Both the position numbers and the translations under genes were made by a program. From NCBI GenBank assembly GCA_039024555.1, contig JBCCQQ010000018.1, positions 1-64,000 of the forward strand: a DNA stretch of 64,000 nucleotides. The letters run 5' to 3'. This document shows positions 53,230 through 63,974 of this stretch, piece after piece. Numbering within the stretch: the first letter of the stretch is position 1; each line of letters begins with the position of its first letter. Below the pieces are notes generated by a model. The model was not told where the DNA came from. It was given only the letters and a program-made list of their open reading frames with translations, and ran no database searches. The DNA is from Cyanobacteria bacterium P01_D01_bin.156. GTDB taxonomy: Bacteria > Cyanobacteriota > Cyanobacteriia > Phormidesmidales > Phormidesmidaceae.

Positions 53230-54222
53230 ATGACCACTGATCTAGAGCAGCAACTGAGCAACCTACAGCAAGAAGCTAATGACGAGATTGCAACCTTGAG
53301 CAGCCTAAATGATCTTGATCAGTTTCGGGTTGGCTATTTTGGGAAAAAGGGTAAGCTTTCCAAAATCTTGGGGGGCATGGGCAAGCTTTCTCCTGAGGAT
53401 CGGCCTCGTATTGGTGCTCTGGCCAATCAAGTTAAAACGGCGCTTCAAACCAGTATTGATGCCCGCAAGACCGCTTTACAAGAGTCTCAGATTCAAGCTC
53501 AGTTAGACGCTGAAACTCTTGATGTATCAATGCCTGGAACTTACCTACCCCAGGGACGTATTCATCCTATCAACAGTATTATTGATCAAATTACAGATAT
53601 TTTTGTTGGCCTTGGTTACACGGTGGCAAGTGGGCCTGAAATTGAAGAAGACTATTACAATTTTGAAGCGCTCAACTTTTTGCCCGATCATCCGGCTCGG
53701 GATATGCAGGATACCCTCTATTTGCCTAATGGCAAGCTGATGCGTACCCATACGTCCAACACACAAATTCGCTACATGGAAAACCATGAGCCTCCACTAC
53801 GGGCATTAGCCACAGGACGATGCTATCGACGGGATACGGTGGATGCTACCCATGCGGCTGTTTTCCATCAAATTGAGTTTTTTGCAGTTGATAAAAATAT
53901 TACCTTTGCTGATTTGCGGGGGACAATTCAACTGTTTTTAGAAGCTCTCTTTGGTGATATTGAAGTGCGTCTTCGCCCGAGCTATTTTCCGTTTACTGAA
54001 CCTTCTGCGGAAGTGGATGTGAAGTGGAATGGTAAGTGGTTAGAAGTATTGGGCTGTGGAATGATTGACCCCAATGTGCTGAAGTCCGTTGGCTATGACC
54101 CTGAGGTCTACAGTGGCTTTGCTGCCGGTCTTGGTGTAGAACGTCTGGCTATGGTGCAAAGCCAAATTGATGATATTCGTCGTCTATATGCAAGCGATTT
54201 ACGCTTTCTAAAACAGTTTTAG
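53230..54222 (+). CDS. pheS: Phenylalanine-tRNA ligase alpha subunit
   Basis: [27 protein letters not shown] and GLGVERLAM; start placed at ATG 53230. Confidence 0.98.
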   Translation: MTTDLEQQLSNLQQEANDEIATLSSLNDLDQFRVGYFGKKGKLSKILGGMGKLSPEDRPRIGALANQVKTALQTSIDARKTALQESQIQAQLDAETLDVSMPGTYLPQGRIHPINSIIDQITDIFVGLGYTVASGPEIEEDYYNFEALNFLPDHPARDMQDTLYLPNGKLMRTHTSNTQIRYMENHEPPLRALATGRCYRRDTVDATHAAVFHQIEFFAVDKNITFADLRGTIQLFLEALFGDIEVRLRPSYFPFTEPSAEVDVKWNGKWLEVLGCGMIDPNVLKSVGYDPEVYSGFAAGLGVERLAMVQSQIDDIRRLYASDLRFLKQF

Positions 54223-54263
54223 TTCATTTTCAATTTTTGAAAATCTCTGATTTTTGCCAATAC

Positions 54264-54306
54264 AAAAAGCGCTAGTCAAGACATCCTGCCTTGACTAGCG
54301 TTTTTT
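54264..54306. terminator. Bidirectional terminator between pheS and msrA
   Basis: AAAAAGCGCTAGTCAAG...CTTGACTAGCGTTTTTT. Confidence 0.8.
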
Positions 54307-54334
54307 GTACATGAAACTGTCTAGCGGTATGCGA

Positions 54335-55009
54335 CTAGCTTTCAGTCGATACGCCAACACCGATAGGGCAAGCGATGTTGGTGCCACCCAGACCACAGTA
54401 GCCACCTGGGTTCTTAGCTAAATACTGCTGATGATAATCTTCAGCATAATAAAACTCAGGAGCATCTAAAATCTCAGTGGTGATTTCGCCCAACCCCGCC
54501 TGGCTAAGAGCTGCCTGATACATGGCTAAAGATGCTTCAGCAGTGGCTTTTTGTTCGGAAGAATACGTGTAGATACCGGAACGATACTGGGTGCCTACAT
54601 CGTTCCCTTGGCGCATTCCTTGAGTAGGGTTATGACTTTCCCAAAAAACCTTGAGAAGTTGCTCATAGCTAATTGCATTAGGATCAAATACTACCAGCAC
54701 TACTTCGTTGTGCCCCGTCATTCCCGAACATACTTCGCGGTATGTGGGATTCGGTGTATGACCAGCACTATAGCCTACTGCTGTTGAAAATACGCCTTCT
54801 TGTTGCCAAAAACGGCGCTCAGCTCCCCAAAAACAGCCCAAGCCAAACATTGCCATCTGTAAACCTGCAGGAAAAGGACGCTGCAAGGGATTCCCGTTAA
54901 CATAATGCTGCTGAGGAACAGGCATTTTCTCGGAACGGCCTGGTAATGCCTCGGAAGCGGAGGGCATCGTAGCTTTTTTGCCTAAACCACCAAGTCCAAA
55001 AAACACCAT
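54335..55009 (-). CDS. msrA: Peptide-methionine (S)-S-oxide reductase
   Basis: [27 protein letters not shown] and GYCG. Confidence 0.97.
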   Translation of the reverse strand: MVFFGLGGLGKKATMPSASEALPGRSEKMPVPQQHYVNGNPLQRPFPAGLQMAMFGLGCFWGAERRFWQQEGVFSTAVGYSAGHTPNPTYREVCSGMTGHNEVVLVVFDPNAISYEQLLKVFWESHNPTQGMRQGNDVGTQYRSGIYTYSSEQKATAEASLAMYQAALSQAGLGEITTEILDAPEFYYAEDYHQQYLAKNPGGYCGLGGTNIACPIGVGVSTES

Positions 55010-55204
55010 AAATTTGTAAGAAATGTAAAAACATTGATACCTCTAGTGTACTCAATCCAGATGGCAACCGTGGTTGGATCGGTTGAGTTGTTAGAAGTTC
55101 TGACTTGTGTTCATTTCTCAAGCCAATCCCAAAACAGTAATTGCCTGCTGATAAACCAGAAGGCAATTATTAAGTGGGCAGCGGGTGTAGGGCTATGTAA
55201 GTAA

Positions 55205-55537
55205 CTATTGGATGACGCTTGCCTCAAAAGCAGCGCGATCAGCAAATACTTCAAAGACTCGGTCCATGCTTGTTAATTCAAACAGCATACGAATTTGCTC
55301 GTTGATGGAGCAAATATACATTTTGCACTCAGTGGCACGAGCATTTTTCAAGCATGCAACTAAAACGCCCAGTCCTGAGCTGTCCACAAAGGTAACCTGG
55401 TTGAGGTCAACTAACAGTACCTTGGTTCCTTTTTCGAGAGCTTGCTCAACTTGTTCGCGGAATGCAGTGGTCTGGGTACCGTCTAAAATGCCTTCGGGCT
55501 CAATTACATGAACACCTAAGTCCATAGAGATTGTCAT
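55205..55537 (-). CDS. STAS-domain anti-sigma-factor antagonist
   Basis: VDLNQVTFVDSSGLGVL with the conserved phospho-Ser; LFELT. Confidence 0.92.
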   Translation of the reverse strand: MTISMDLGVHVIEPEGILDGTQTTAFREQVEQALEKGTKVLLVDLNQVTFVDSSGLGVLVACLKNARATECKMYICSINEQIRMLFELTSMDRVFEVFADRAAFEASVIQ

Positions 55538-55693
55538 GGCTAAATATCAGTAACTTATAGTTTAGCTTTGCAGATGTTCAAAACTAGCATTTTTGATGGG
55601 TTCGACATTTCCTGTCGATGGTCCTAACAAGCAAGAGCATTCTTTGTCCACTTCAGCAAGGCTGCCACTAGAGGGCACCCATGGGTAGAATAC

Positions 55694-57319
55694 CTATCTC
55701 TTCAATAAAACCGAAATGGTTCCGGTTGATTGATGCTTAGTATGTACGTCGCTAGTAAACGCGATCGCATCAATCGATTGCACCCATGGCTTCACAATGG
55801 GTTGAACCAATGAAAACCAGCGATTCCTATTTAAAAGACGCTCCATTTCGTTCCAAGTTCCATAGATATATGCTGGATGCTTAGGATCAATTGTCTGCAT
55901 CACGCGTTGAAACCGTTGGGTCAGCAGCAGCGGTTGCTCTGGGGCTGCTAGGGCAGCTGTTAGGCTACTCAAGGATGTAGCAAACACATAACAACCGGCA
56001 TCAACATTTGTACGCAAGGCCAGCAGGTCTGTTTCCACTGTTGTTTCTCGATTGAGATTTCCCTGATAAAGTTTTGTTTTTAATCGACTCCATGCTGTTA
56101 CAGTATGCCCGTCTAGGGTAAATTGGCTAACCGTTAAACCTTCCTCAGTAGCGATTGTATCCAGCTGATGAGCAACTCTAGGGTCAGCCGGAGATGTCAC
56201 CATAAGCCAGGCACCATCGTCTAATTGCCCTATACCGTAATCATTGGCTAATAATTCGCCTAGGGGATTAGTCAGTTTTTTACCTAACTCGGTGGTTCTC
56301 CATTGCTGGGCTTGCTGTAAAAAAGAGGGTAGCTTTTGATAGTGATTGAGCTCTATTTGGAGCTTTTCCATCCACCAGGAGGTTAAATCATTCCCTATGG
56401 CTACCCATGCCATGGAATTCGGCAAATACTTCTGTAGGCTGACGTTTTGAGCTCCTGCCTCGAATTCTGTAATACTGGTCGACACCTGTGCTCCTAGGTT
56501 GGTCAGCTGAGTTTTAAGCGTAATTCCTTGAGAATTTGGCTCTGCTACTGCGGTTAACTGTTGCCAATATTGATTTTCCAGTAAGCTTGGCTCATCAGGT
56601 GCTGCTACGCCTAACCAATCAATCACAGCTGGAATACGTAAGGTGAGCCAAAAGGGGACGCAACAATCAGGTCCTGATAGTTGTAACTTTGGTGTCTGGG
56701 CCACGCGCAGACTTTGGCGCACTATCTGAATACTATTACCGATTATTAAAGTATGGTCTCCAACAATCGCAGTCGATAATTGGTGGAATGTTTGGTTAAT
56801 GGGACCTGAAATAATCGGTACTCCGTTAGCCCGAGTAAAACTCAGTTTTGAGCCCGCGACTGACTGATGCTGCCAAAACAGTTCTAAAACTTCTCTTAGT
56901 CTTTCGCTATCAGAAATATCAGCAACTAGTAAATAACCTACCCGTTGTGCATTGTGATTGCTGGGATTTAAGCTGTGGTCGGTAATCGCTAAGGCAATAT
57001 GAGAACCGAGCCAAGGAAAAACCTCGTCTCTAAGATTAATATCTAGAGAAATTAGCAGGTCATCTAACTGTTCGAGTACCCTATTCCCCAAGAATGACGT
57101 TTGTTTAGGAAGTATGTCATCTGGCGCAAGGACTGTGGCAATTAATGCTTGGCGAGGAATAAAATCTGTGATTTGGCTGTTGTTTTGAGTGATGAAAGAT
57201 TGCTGGGGAGTGGTAAATCTCTGACTACAGCTGGTTACCCATAGGCCAATGCACACTAATGCGATCGCACAGAAGTAGCGGCTAGCTCGCCAAATCCAAC
57301 TCACCATAGAGGAATACAC
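55694..57319 (-). CDS. DUF3352-like exported protein, possible lipoprotein
   Basis: N-terminal hydrophobic segment ending VTSC; PWLG..IALAIT and LELFWQ motifs. Confidence 0.65.
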   Translation of the reverse strand: MYSSMVSWIWRASRYFCAIALVCIGLWVTSCSQRFTTPQQSFITQNNSQITDFIPRQALIATVLAPDDILPKQTSFLGNRVLEQLDDLLISLDINLRDEVFPWLGSHIALAITDHSLNPSNHNAQRVGYLLVADISDSERLREVLELFWQHQSVAGSKLSFTRANGVPIISGPINQTFHQLSTAIVGDHTLIIGNSIQIVRQSLRVAQTPKLQLSGPDCCVPFWLTLRIPAVIDWLGVAAPDEPSLLENQYWQQLTAVAEPNSQGITLKTQLTNLGAQVSTSITEFEAGAQNVSLQKYLPNSMAWVAIGNDLTSWWMEKLQIELNHYQKLPSFLQQAQQWRTTELGKKLTNPLGELLANDYGIGQLDDGAWLMVTSPADPRVAHQLDTIATEEGLTVSQFTLDGHTVTAWSRLKTKLYQGNLNRETTVETDLLALRTNVDAGCYVFATSLSSLTAALAAPEQPLLLTQRFQRVMQTIDPKHPAYIYGTWNEMERLLNRNRWFSLVQPIVKPWVQSIDAIAFTSDVHTKHQSTGTISVLLKR

Positions 57320-57403
57320 CCAATCCCATGAAACTCTAGTTTAATCGAGTAAGTCCATAGAGCTGAATTGTGCTCTGTTATAGTGAGCGGGCAGAATGCT
57401 GAC

Positions 57404-58009
57404 TTAACTGAGATCCTGACTGCGCCATACGGCTAATAGTCGTCCTTGAATATCGACCTCTTGAGCAGGATAAATCATCGGCTCGTAGTTAGGGTTAGCG
57501 GGTTTGAGGACTATGCTCTCCCCTTCACGATGTAGATACTTTAATGTCGTTGCACTTTCTACACGTGCAGCCACAATAGTGCCATTCTTAATAGTTTGAG
57601 GATCTTCTATAGGACGCATAATTACATAATCCCCATCATCAATTAGCGCTTCCACCATACTGTCTCCCCGGACTCGCAAAGCATAGTCACGAGCCTTTAG
57701 CGGTAGGGACGATAAATCAAGTCGTTCTTCGGCGACATCTGTAAAAGCTTCCACCATTGAACCAGCCGCAATGGTTCCTTTAACGGGTACCCCTGCCCCT
57801 TGTACGATACGAATTGTTCTAGCTTTTCCTTCATTCCAATCGATATACCCTTTTTTGCGTAGATGATCGAGGCGGCTTTGAATAGGAGCTGGTGACTTTA
57901 GACCCATTGCGCGCATCATCTGCCGAATAGATGGGGAATGTTGGTGGGTACGAATGTAATTAGTTAACCAGTTGTAAAGCTCCTCTTGAGCATTGGTAAG
58001 AGGTTCCAT
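57404..58009 (-). CDS. lexA: Transcriptional repressor LexA
   Basis: SPSIRQM wHTH, IAAG cleavage site, GDSM (Ser) and TLKY (Lys). Confidence 0.97.
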   Translation of the reverse strand: MEPLTNAQEELYNWLTNYIRTHQHSPSIRQMMRAMGLKSPAPIQSRLDHLRKKGYIDWNEGKARTIRIVQGAGVPVKGTIAAGSMVEAFTDVAEERLDLSSLPLKARDYALRVRGDSMVEALIDDGDYVIMRPIEDPQTIKNGTIVAARVESATTLKYLHREGESIVLKPANPNYEPMIYPAQEVDIQGRLLAVWRSQDLS

Positions 58010-58035
58010 GGGTTACTGATAAGATAAGCCATAAG

Positions 58036-58069
58036 GGAACAAGCGTACCCCTATAAGAACAACAGTACC
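58036..58069 (-). promoter_or_regulatory. Two tandem cyanobacterial LexA boxes upstream of lexA
   Basis: GGTACTGTTGTTCT (58069-58056) and GGTACGCTTGTTCC (58049-58036) both match RGTACNNNDGTWCB. Confidence 0.88.
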
Positions 58070-58162
58070 AACAGTTGATAAGTTTGTCCACTGACTTGGT
58101 TATAGTCACCTGAGTAGGCTTAGCAGAGCAAACACACTATCAAATGGCTCTCGCACAAAAGT

Positions 58163-58202
58163 AAAAAAGTAGGTTTGGCAAATTTGCCAAACCTACTTTT
58201 TT
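58163..58202 (-). terminator. Terminator of sigA (perfect 40-bp palindrome)
   Basis: AAAAAAGTAGGTTTGGCAAA|TTTGCCAAACCTACTTTTTT. Confidence 0.8.
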
Positions 58203-58232
58203 TAAAATTTAAACTTTTGTCTTTATATCAGA

Positions 58233-59354
58233 CTAGCGAATGTATTCCTTGAGAACGCTATTGCGATTAGGATGGCGTAGCTTACGTAGCGCCTTAGCCT
58301 CAATCTGACGAATCCTTTCACGAGTGACGTTAAATATCTGCCCGATTTCCTCCAGCGTTTTCATCCGGCCATCATCTAAGCCGTAACGTAAACGTAGAAC
58401 ATCACGCTCACGAGGGCTAAGAGTACTCAAAACACCCTCTAAATCCTCTCTCAAAAGACTCTTAGAAACTTCGTCTTCAGGGGTTTCACCATCGGACTCG
58501 ATGAAGTCTCCTAAACGAGAATCTTCTTCCTTACCAATGGGTGTTTCCAAGGAAATAGGCAACTGAGCCGATTTTGCAATAAACCGTAGCTTCTCAATGG
58601 TCATCTCCATCCGAGTAGCAATCTCTTCTTCTGTCGGTTTACGACCTAACTCTTGAGACAGAAGCTTTGTAGTTTTCTTAATGCGAGAAATAGTTTCGTA
58701 CAAGTGTACTGGTAGACGGATTGTGCGAGACTGATCGGCAATGGCACGAGTGATAGCCTGTCGAATCCACCAAGTAGCGTAAGTAGAAAACTTGTAACCC
58801 TTCTCGTGGTCAAACTTCTCAGCAGCACGAATGAGCCCAAGACTTCCCTCCTGAATTAAATCTTGGAAAGATAGCCCACGATTCATATACTTTTTCGCGA
58901 TGGAAACAACTAATCGAAGATTAGACTGAACCATTTTGTCCTTGGCCCGACGACCAAGATACAAACGTCTACGAAACGCTGGGAGCGGCATTTCAACGGC
59001 TGCAGCCCATGCTGCATCATCCGGCTCATCATCCATGCCATCACACAAATCGTCACGAATGCGCTCAAGCTCTAACAGGTCAGCAATTTTGCGCGCAAGT
59101 TCGATTTCCTCTTCAGCACGCAACAGACGAATTCGCCCAATCTCTTGCAAGTACAAACGAATAGAGTCTTCAGTATAGTGCTTCTTCTTAGTCTGAGATG
59201 CACTACTACGACGGCGAGATGTGCTTTTAGCAGCTTTACTACCCTGTTCCTCTTCTTCGGAACTCGAAAAAGCTTTCCCAGCCTCAGGATCGATTAGCGA
59301 ATCCAGCTCATTTCTGGGACTCAAGTCCTCAAGAACAGTATTTGCTTGGGTCAT
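58233..59354 (-). CDS. sigA: Primary sigma factor SigA (RpoD)
   Basis: [40 protein letters not shown] and TRERIRQIE. Confidence 0.97.
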   Translation of the reverse strand: MTQANTVLEDLSPRNELDSLIDPEAGKAFSSSEEEEQGSKAAKSTSRRRSSASQTKKKHYTEDSIRLYLQEIGRIRLLRAEEEIELARKIADLLELERIRDDLCDGMDDEPDDAAWAAAVEMPLPAFRRRLYLGRRAKDKMVQSNLRLVVSIAKKYMNRGLSFQDLIQEGSLGLIRAAEKFDHEKGYKFSTYATWWIRQAITRAIADQSRTIRLPVHLYETISRIKKTTKLLSQELGRKPTEEEIATRMEMTIEKLRFIAKSAQLPISLETPIGKEEDSRLGDFIESDGETPEDEVSKSLLREDLEGVLSTLSPRERDVLRLRYGLDDGRMKTLEEIGQIFNVTRERIRQIEAKALRKLRHPNRNSVLKEYIR

Positions 59355-59838
59355 GCCGCTTTCCTCGTATTCCTTTCAAACTTCAACAGATCAAGATATT
59401 GAACTAGCCAAACCATCAGCGCTCATAGAACCCCAGGACGCAAAAGACAAATCGCACCAATCTGAGGACAATCAAGTCAACACTGATAATAAAAAAAGCT
59501 GGTTCAATAAAAGAATGAAACAAACAGACAACCTAAATCTCGTCGCTTATAAAGGTGTAGACTCGCCAACATACTGAACAAAAGGCTTCTTGTCAGCAAA
59601 AAGATAATTACGACTACTACCAGTGTAAGGACATGAAACTCGTAACCTCATCTGTCCGTGTTTCTACAGTAGTAACACGCTTTCAAGGAAAACGGCCAGA
59701 GGTTTTGCTGTCAGTTGTCATAATTCCATAGCTTTTATCGAACAATCATCAACGGTAGCCCTTTATCCACAAGGGTTACAGAAGTGTATCAATGCACACA
59801 TAAATATTGCCTATCAAAACATAAATAAAATATAAAAA

Positions 59839-60222
59839 TTATTTCTGTGCGGTTGTTGATTCTGATGGTTGCCAGTGAGTTGAGCTATCCTTCGCAGATG
59901 TTGTGAGTAAATACTCAGCCTCTGGTTTTCCTGAGACTGATGTAGGGCGCGTTTGGAACTTCAGATTGAGCCACAAATTGCAATCCTGCTCATTGCAAGT
60001 AATGATTATGTCGGCCCCGCTTTGAGTAAGCTGGGCAGCCTGCTGGTAGAGTTGTTGTCTCTGCCCATAGTTTACGATTCGAACCTGCTGAAAAAGGTCC
60101 GAATCATATTGCATACCTTCATGCAGAGCTTGATTGAACCAGAACTTAAACGTTCGAATCTGCTGAAATTTGAAAGCTATAGACACTCGGGATACTTGAT
60201 AGTGAACTCCGATAGCAGCCAC
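59839..60222 (-). CDS. Hypothetical protein
   Basis: 127-aa ORF with protein-like core (FKFWF...GMQY...CNLWLNLK); function unknown, start uncertain. Confidence 0.6.
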   Translation of the reverse strand: MAAIGVHYQVSRVSIAFKFQQIRTFKFWFNQALHEGMQYDSDLFQQVRIVNYGQRQQLYQQAAQLTQSGADIIITCNEQDCNLWLNLKFQTRPTSVSGKPEAEYLLTTSAKDSSTHWQPSESTTAQK

Positions 60223-60331
60223 AACAAAAGTTTTGAAGCTTATGCCCAGTGATGGCTACTTAGATTAGACAAGGTAGCTACGCGTTATTGCTTTAAGGTC
60301 ACAGCTGAATTCTGCAAAACTAGCTATAACT

Positions 60332-60718
60332 CTATTTGATATCGGTCTTAGCTACTGCTGATTCTACAACAAGATGAAAAATATCTTGGGTCAGGGGTTC
60401 TACTAGAAACCCATCGATTCCCGGATGATCTTCCTGAGGTGACCAACTAGGTTCATGGGACTGGGTTAAGGCAATAATAGTGGTTTTCAGGGGCTTTACA
60501 GTTTCCCTGAGTCGGTCGACTAGAGCTGGAGCCCAATTTTTATGTGCACCCGATAGGATGACTAAATATGGAGTGCCTTGTTCGATACGTGCAACGGCCT
60601 GATCGGCAGAATGCGCAACAAATATATCACTCTTAAGGGGAAGCGAGAGAGATTGAATCATGAGGTTCGCATTATTATGCGAGCCGAGTAAGAGGATATA
60701 CCCACTTGAGCTGTTCAT
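60332..60718 (-). CDS. Stand-alone receiver-like (pseudo-receiver) protein
   Basis: CheY-like pattern (ILLLG, A..ADQA, PYLVILSG, IIALT, GIDGFLVEP) lacking the canonical Asp and Lys. Confidence 0.7.
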   Translation of the reverse strand: MNSSSGYILLLGSHNNANLMIQSLSLPLKSDIFVAHSADQAVARIEQGTPYLVILSGAHKNWAPALVDRLRETVKPLKTTIIALTQSHEPSWSPQEDHPGIDGFLVEPLTQDIFHLVVESAVAKTDIK

Positions 60719-60917
60719 ATGTCATTACCATTTATAAGACCTATTCCAGCACTCTAAGTTTATGGAGCAATTCTTTCTTGAAGGGAAGTATGCAAGGTAT
60801 CGAAAGGCTTCTTATGGTGAGTTATTAAAGTTGTGGACTACTACATACAATTTAATAAAATGCAAGACCTGATTGAAATGTAGCTAGGTGCTCGAAAATT
60901 ATAAGGATGGGCCTTGG

Positions 60918-61640
60918 CTATGGAGCTAGCCGTGCTTTTTTGAGTCGATGGGTTTCATACCAATCTGCGATCGCAGGGACCCAAGCTTGAAAATGAGGCC
61001 AAATCACTTCACAAAGCTTTTGGGCTTCCAGCTGGGCATCAGCTTTCCAGCGTAAGTCCAGTAAATGCATTAATGAGCGTACATTGGCTGACATTACCCA
61101 ATGTTGTCGGACATCAAAGGGAATCAGCCCCCGGGCATGTTCTTCAGAAAAACCTTGTTCGATGCGGGTTTTATATCGTTTGCATGCCTCTAGGCACCAG
61201 GCAATATCCTGTTGGCGGACATCGTCGGTGTAGGTGTATTTTTTCCCCTGTCGGTCAGCATAGTCGCCAACGGGACGAAGGTAGAACACCTCTTCTACAT
61301 CGCGATTGCCTGCTATGACATCCAGAATACGAGAGCCCGTGTAGCGGAAGGACTGAACATCAAAGGATATGCCGACACGATGGGTGCGAATCTGCTGCAT
61401 GGTGGAATGGGGGAGCCAGCCACAATTTAAGACGATTTGTGGATGTTCTAAGGGGCCATAGTGGCCACGCCCTCCCTTGAGTAAATTTCGAATTATTAAG
61501 TCGCCACACGCTTCCTCAGATGGCCAATTTTGGCGCTCGTTCCAGACAAATCCTTCGGCGTAGTCCTGGTGCATTGCACCATAAATGGTTTGCTGAGGAT
61601 TGGGTGTTTGGGAAATGACTTCGACGGTGAACCGTTGCAT
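60918..61640 (-). CDS. thyX: FAD-dependent thymidylate synthase
   Basis: GHYGPLEH, QIRTHRVGISFDVQSFRY, EHARG, NVRSLMHLLDLR and AQLE. Confidence 0.93.
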   Translation of the reverse strand: MQRFTVEVISQTPNPQQTIYGAMHQDYAEGFVWNERQNWPSEEACGDLIIRNLLKGGRGHYGPLEHPQIVLNCGWLPHSTMQQIRTHRVGISFDVQSFRYTGSRILDVIAGNRDVEEVFYLRPVGDYADRQGKKYTYTDDVRQQDIAWCLEACKRYKTRIEQGFSEEHARGLIPFDVRQHWVMSANVRSLMHLLDLRWKADAQLEAQKLCEVIWPHFQAWVPAIADWYETHRLKKARLAP

Positions 61641-61809
61641 GGGCAATTGCTAAAGAGGAATCAAGTGGTTCGTAGTTCTTGCACACGCCCACTAAGACTA
61701 GACCGATATAGTCTATCGAGAGAAAAGCAGCAGCTCAAGTAAATCTATCGGAACCTGTAGTTTCCTGAAACTAAGTGACAAATACGTACTGGATTGTGGG
61801 TTGGTGACT

Positions 61810-63276
61810 TCACTGTGGCTCACGTTTGAGTTTCTGCTGAAGTTCATCTTTAATCCGAGCCATAATTGATGCTTCGTCCAAATCATCGATGATCTTGGCG
61901 ATAGTTGCTTTGGGTCCTTGTTCTCCCCAGCTGGCTCCATTAATCAGATAAGTGCGAGTAACTTGACCGATGGTATAGGTGGCAACTCCAGCAACGGCTG
62001 CCTGGGTCAGGGCTACGGATACATAGGGGGCTGCGCTCAATCCCCCTGTGGCTAAGCCAGCAGCGCCTAAAATACTTTTGAGGGAACTCAAGCCTAACGT
62101 GATGAGTAATTCACTGATGGAAAGGCTGCCAGTCGCGATCGCAATGGTTTTCAGTAACTGTAGTGATTCCTTCTGGCTCATGGGTAAGCCATATAGATGC
62201 GATAAGCCCACCACTAATCCTGCATCCACTGCGACACCTCCGAGCACATCTGCCACTAGCAGAGGATTTATCGCTACGGCCACCGATTTTGTTAAGGCGG
62301 TCTGCCAAATCAGATCATCGGCACGACGCTGACGAATTTCCAATTTACGATTAACCAGTTTGGTTTGCATCTCATCCATATATAGGAGAGTATTCAGGGC
62401 AATTAGCGCTTTGCCTTCCCGCTCTAGCACATCTAAAATTTTGAGCTTTAATGCGTCTACATTTGGCTTACCGCGTTGACGTGTGCGTTTGCCGTGAACA
62501 AGGATCGTTTGCAGAGGTGCAGATGCTGTTAGCAGCACATCCTCCGGCAATATGTTTAAGGAGATGACCCGTTGGCGAATAGTTTCTAGAAGTAACGTTT
62601 GTTCGCTTGGGGCGTATTGATCGACCTTATTTAATATCAGCAAAATAGGTTTGCCCATCTGACGTAGCCAACCTAAGGCGTCATATTCTAGCTGGGTCAA
62701 ATCTGCAGCAACCACAAATAGAATCAGATCGCTTTGCCGAGCCACCCGTTCTGCTAATTGTTGACGTTGCTCTCCGCCTATTTCATCAATACCTGGTGTA
62801 TCAATGAGTTCTACTCCTGCATAGGCGCTTTGTTCTGATGGGGCGGAGTTTTGTTTTCCTGCCAATAGCACGCGCTGCATAGGAGCGTCTTCTGGCTCGG
62901 GCCCTGGAGCGTTCAAGCGCTGCCAATTCACGCTCGCCACACTTTGGGTGACTCCATGGAGGGGACCAGTGATAAAAATTGGCTGTCCTACTAAGGCATT
63001 CAGTAGAGATGACTTGCCGCGTCCGACCATGCCGAAAACGGCTAGATGCACTGTCCCTTGATCCAGCTTTTTTTGCAAACCAAGTAAATTATCGATTTCA
63101 GGCTGGAGCCCCTGCCGCTCACGCGGAGTGAGATCTAATCCATCGATGATATGCTGTAAGCTCGCTTGAGCTTGACCGAGGTCTGTTTGTGAGTGCTCAG
63201 GCTGACTATCTATCGGAGCATTCTCCTGATGAGCTGCCAATGGGGAGGAGTCAGGTGAGGGGGGCACTGCGGTCAA
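61810..63276 (-). CDS. Era/HSR1-like GTPase with C-terminal DUF697 domain
   Basis: GMVGRGKSSL, DTPG, LNKVD and a hydrophobic C-terminal region. Confidence 0.88.
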   Translation of the reverse strand: MTAVPPSPDSSPLAAHQENAPIDSQPEHSQTDLGQAQASLQHIIDGLDLTPRERQGLQPEIDNLLGLQKKLDQGTVHLAVFGMVGRGKSSLLNALVGQPIFITGPLHGVTQSVASVNWQRLNAPGPEPEDAPMQRVLLAGKQNSAPSEQSAYAGVELIDTPGIDEIGGEQRQQLAERVARQSDLILFVVAADLTQLEYDALGWLRQMGKPILLILNKVDQYAPSEQTLLLETIRQRVISLNILPEDVLLTASAPLQTILVHGKRTRQRGKPNVDALKLKILDVLEREGKALIALNTLLYMDEMQTKLVNRKLEIRQRRADDLIWQTALTKSVAVAINPLLVADVLGGVAVDAGLVVGLSHLYGLPMSQKESLQLLKTIAIATGSLSISELLITLGLSSLKSILGAAGLATGGLSAAPYVSVALTQAAVAGVATYTIGQVTRTYLINGASWGEQGPKATIAKIIDDLDEASIMARIKDELQQKLKREPQ

Positions 63277-63518
63277 TTCACATGTATTACTTATTCATTA
63301 GTGTAGGTGTTGTAACCTTAGCTTACTAATATCCTTGAGAAACTTTTGAGTCACTGTAAAACATAGATGCGAGAATACTATCTGGATATAGCAAGCTGCT
63401 TAGTAATCGGTCAGTAGTGTCACCCATAGTGCTCACGCTAAAATGTTAGCGATTGTTTGTGAGCTATGTGTGCAGAGCTATATTCCATTGCACCAGTCGT
63501 CAATGTTGCTGCCGCTAC

Positions 63519-63974
63519 ATGGATTTTGAAAGTTCAGCTCAGAAAACCTGCTACGAACGCATTGCCCCTTGGATGGATGAGTTATTTGGGGAGGCAACGG
63601 TAGCTTTTGAAGATGAACCGTTATTTATTATTACGATTGGTTCAGCGGTAGCTTCTACGCGGGTTGTCCCGTGGGGGGATAATGAGGCGCTAATTACGAC
63701 TCGATCTTATGTTGTTACGGATATTGATGCTACATCGGAGCTGACTTACTACTTACTGAGGGCCAATGACAACATCTTATTTGGTCGCTTTGCCCTCGAC
63801 AGTGAGGACGATATTGTTTTTGAACATAGCCTAGTTGGGTCGACCTGCGATCGCATTGAACTTAAGCACTCGGTAACCACTGTTGTTCGCCTTGCTGATG
63901 ACTATGATGATGAAATTGTGGCTCGCTGGGGTGGGAAGCGTGCTTTAGATCGTTGGGCTTCGCCTGGTAGTTAG
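63519..63974 (+). CDS. YbjN / T3SS-chaperone-like domain protein
   Basis: YLLRANDNILFGRFALD...IVFEHSL...ADDYDDEIVARWGG; start placed at MDFESS. Confidence 0.75.
   Translation: MDFESSAQKTCYERIAPWMDELFGEATVAFEDEPLFIITIGSAVASTRVVPWGDNEALITTRSYVVTDIDATSELTYYLLRANDNILFGRFALDSEDDIVFEHSLVGSTCDRIELKHSVTTVVRLADDYDDEIVARWGGKRALDRWASPGS

Larger units (their letters stand above)
6453..63854. repeat. HIP1 octamer GCGATCGC, dispersed (at least 14 copies)
   Basis: Seen by eye at 6453, 23006, 24931, 26787, 30455, 33546, 38292, 41828, 49124, 55761, 57261, 60967, 62135 and 63847. Confidence 0.9.

Noticed and set aside
55011..55040. HLR1 or NtcA site upstream of msrA
   Set aside because: The TTACA repeat has a period of 9 rather than 10, and the GTA-TAC spacing is 10 rather than 8.
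59221..59577. 118-aa plus-strand ORF overlapping the sigA start
   Set aside because: Antisense to sigA and its leader; low complexity with no motifs.
60918..61640. Intein or phage origin of thyX
   Set aside because: Normal length, no intein motifs, contains a HIP1 site and has no phage genes nearby.
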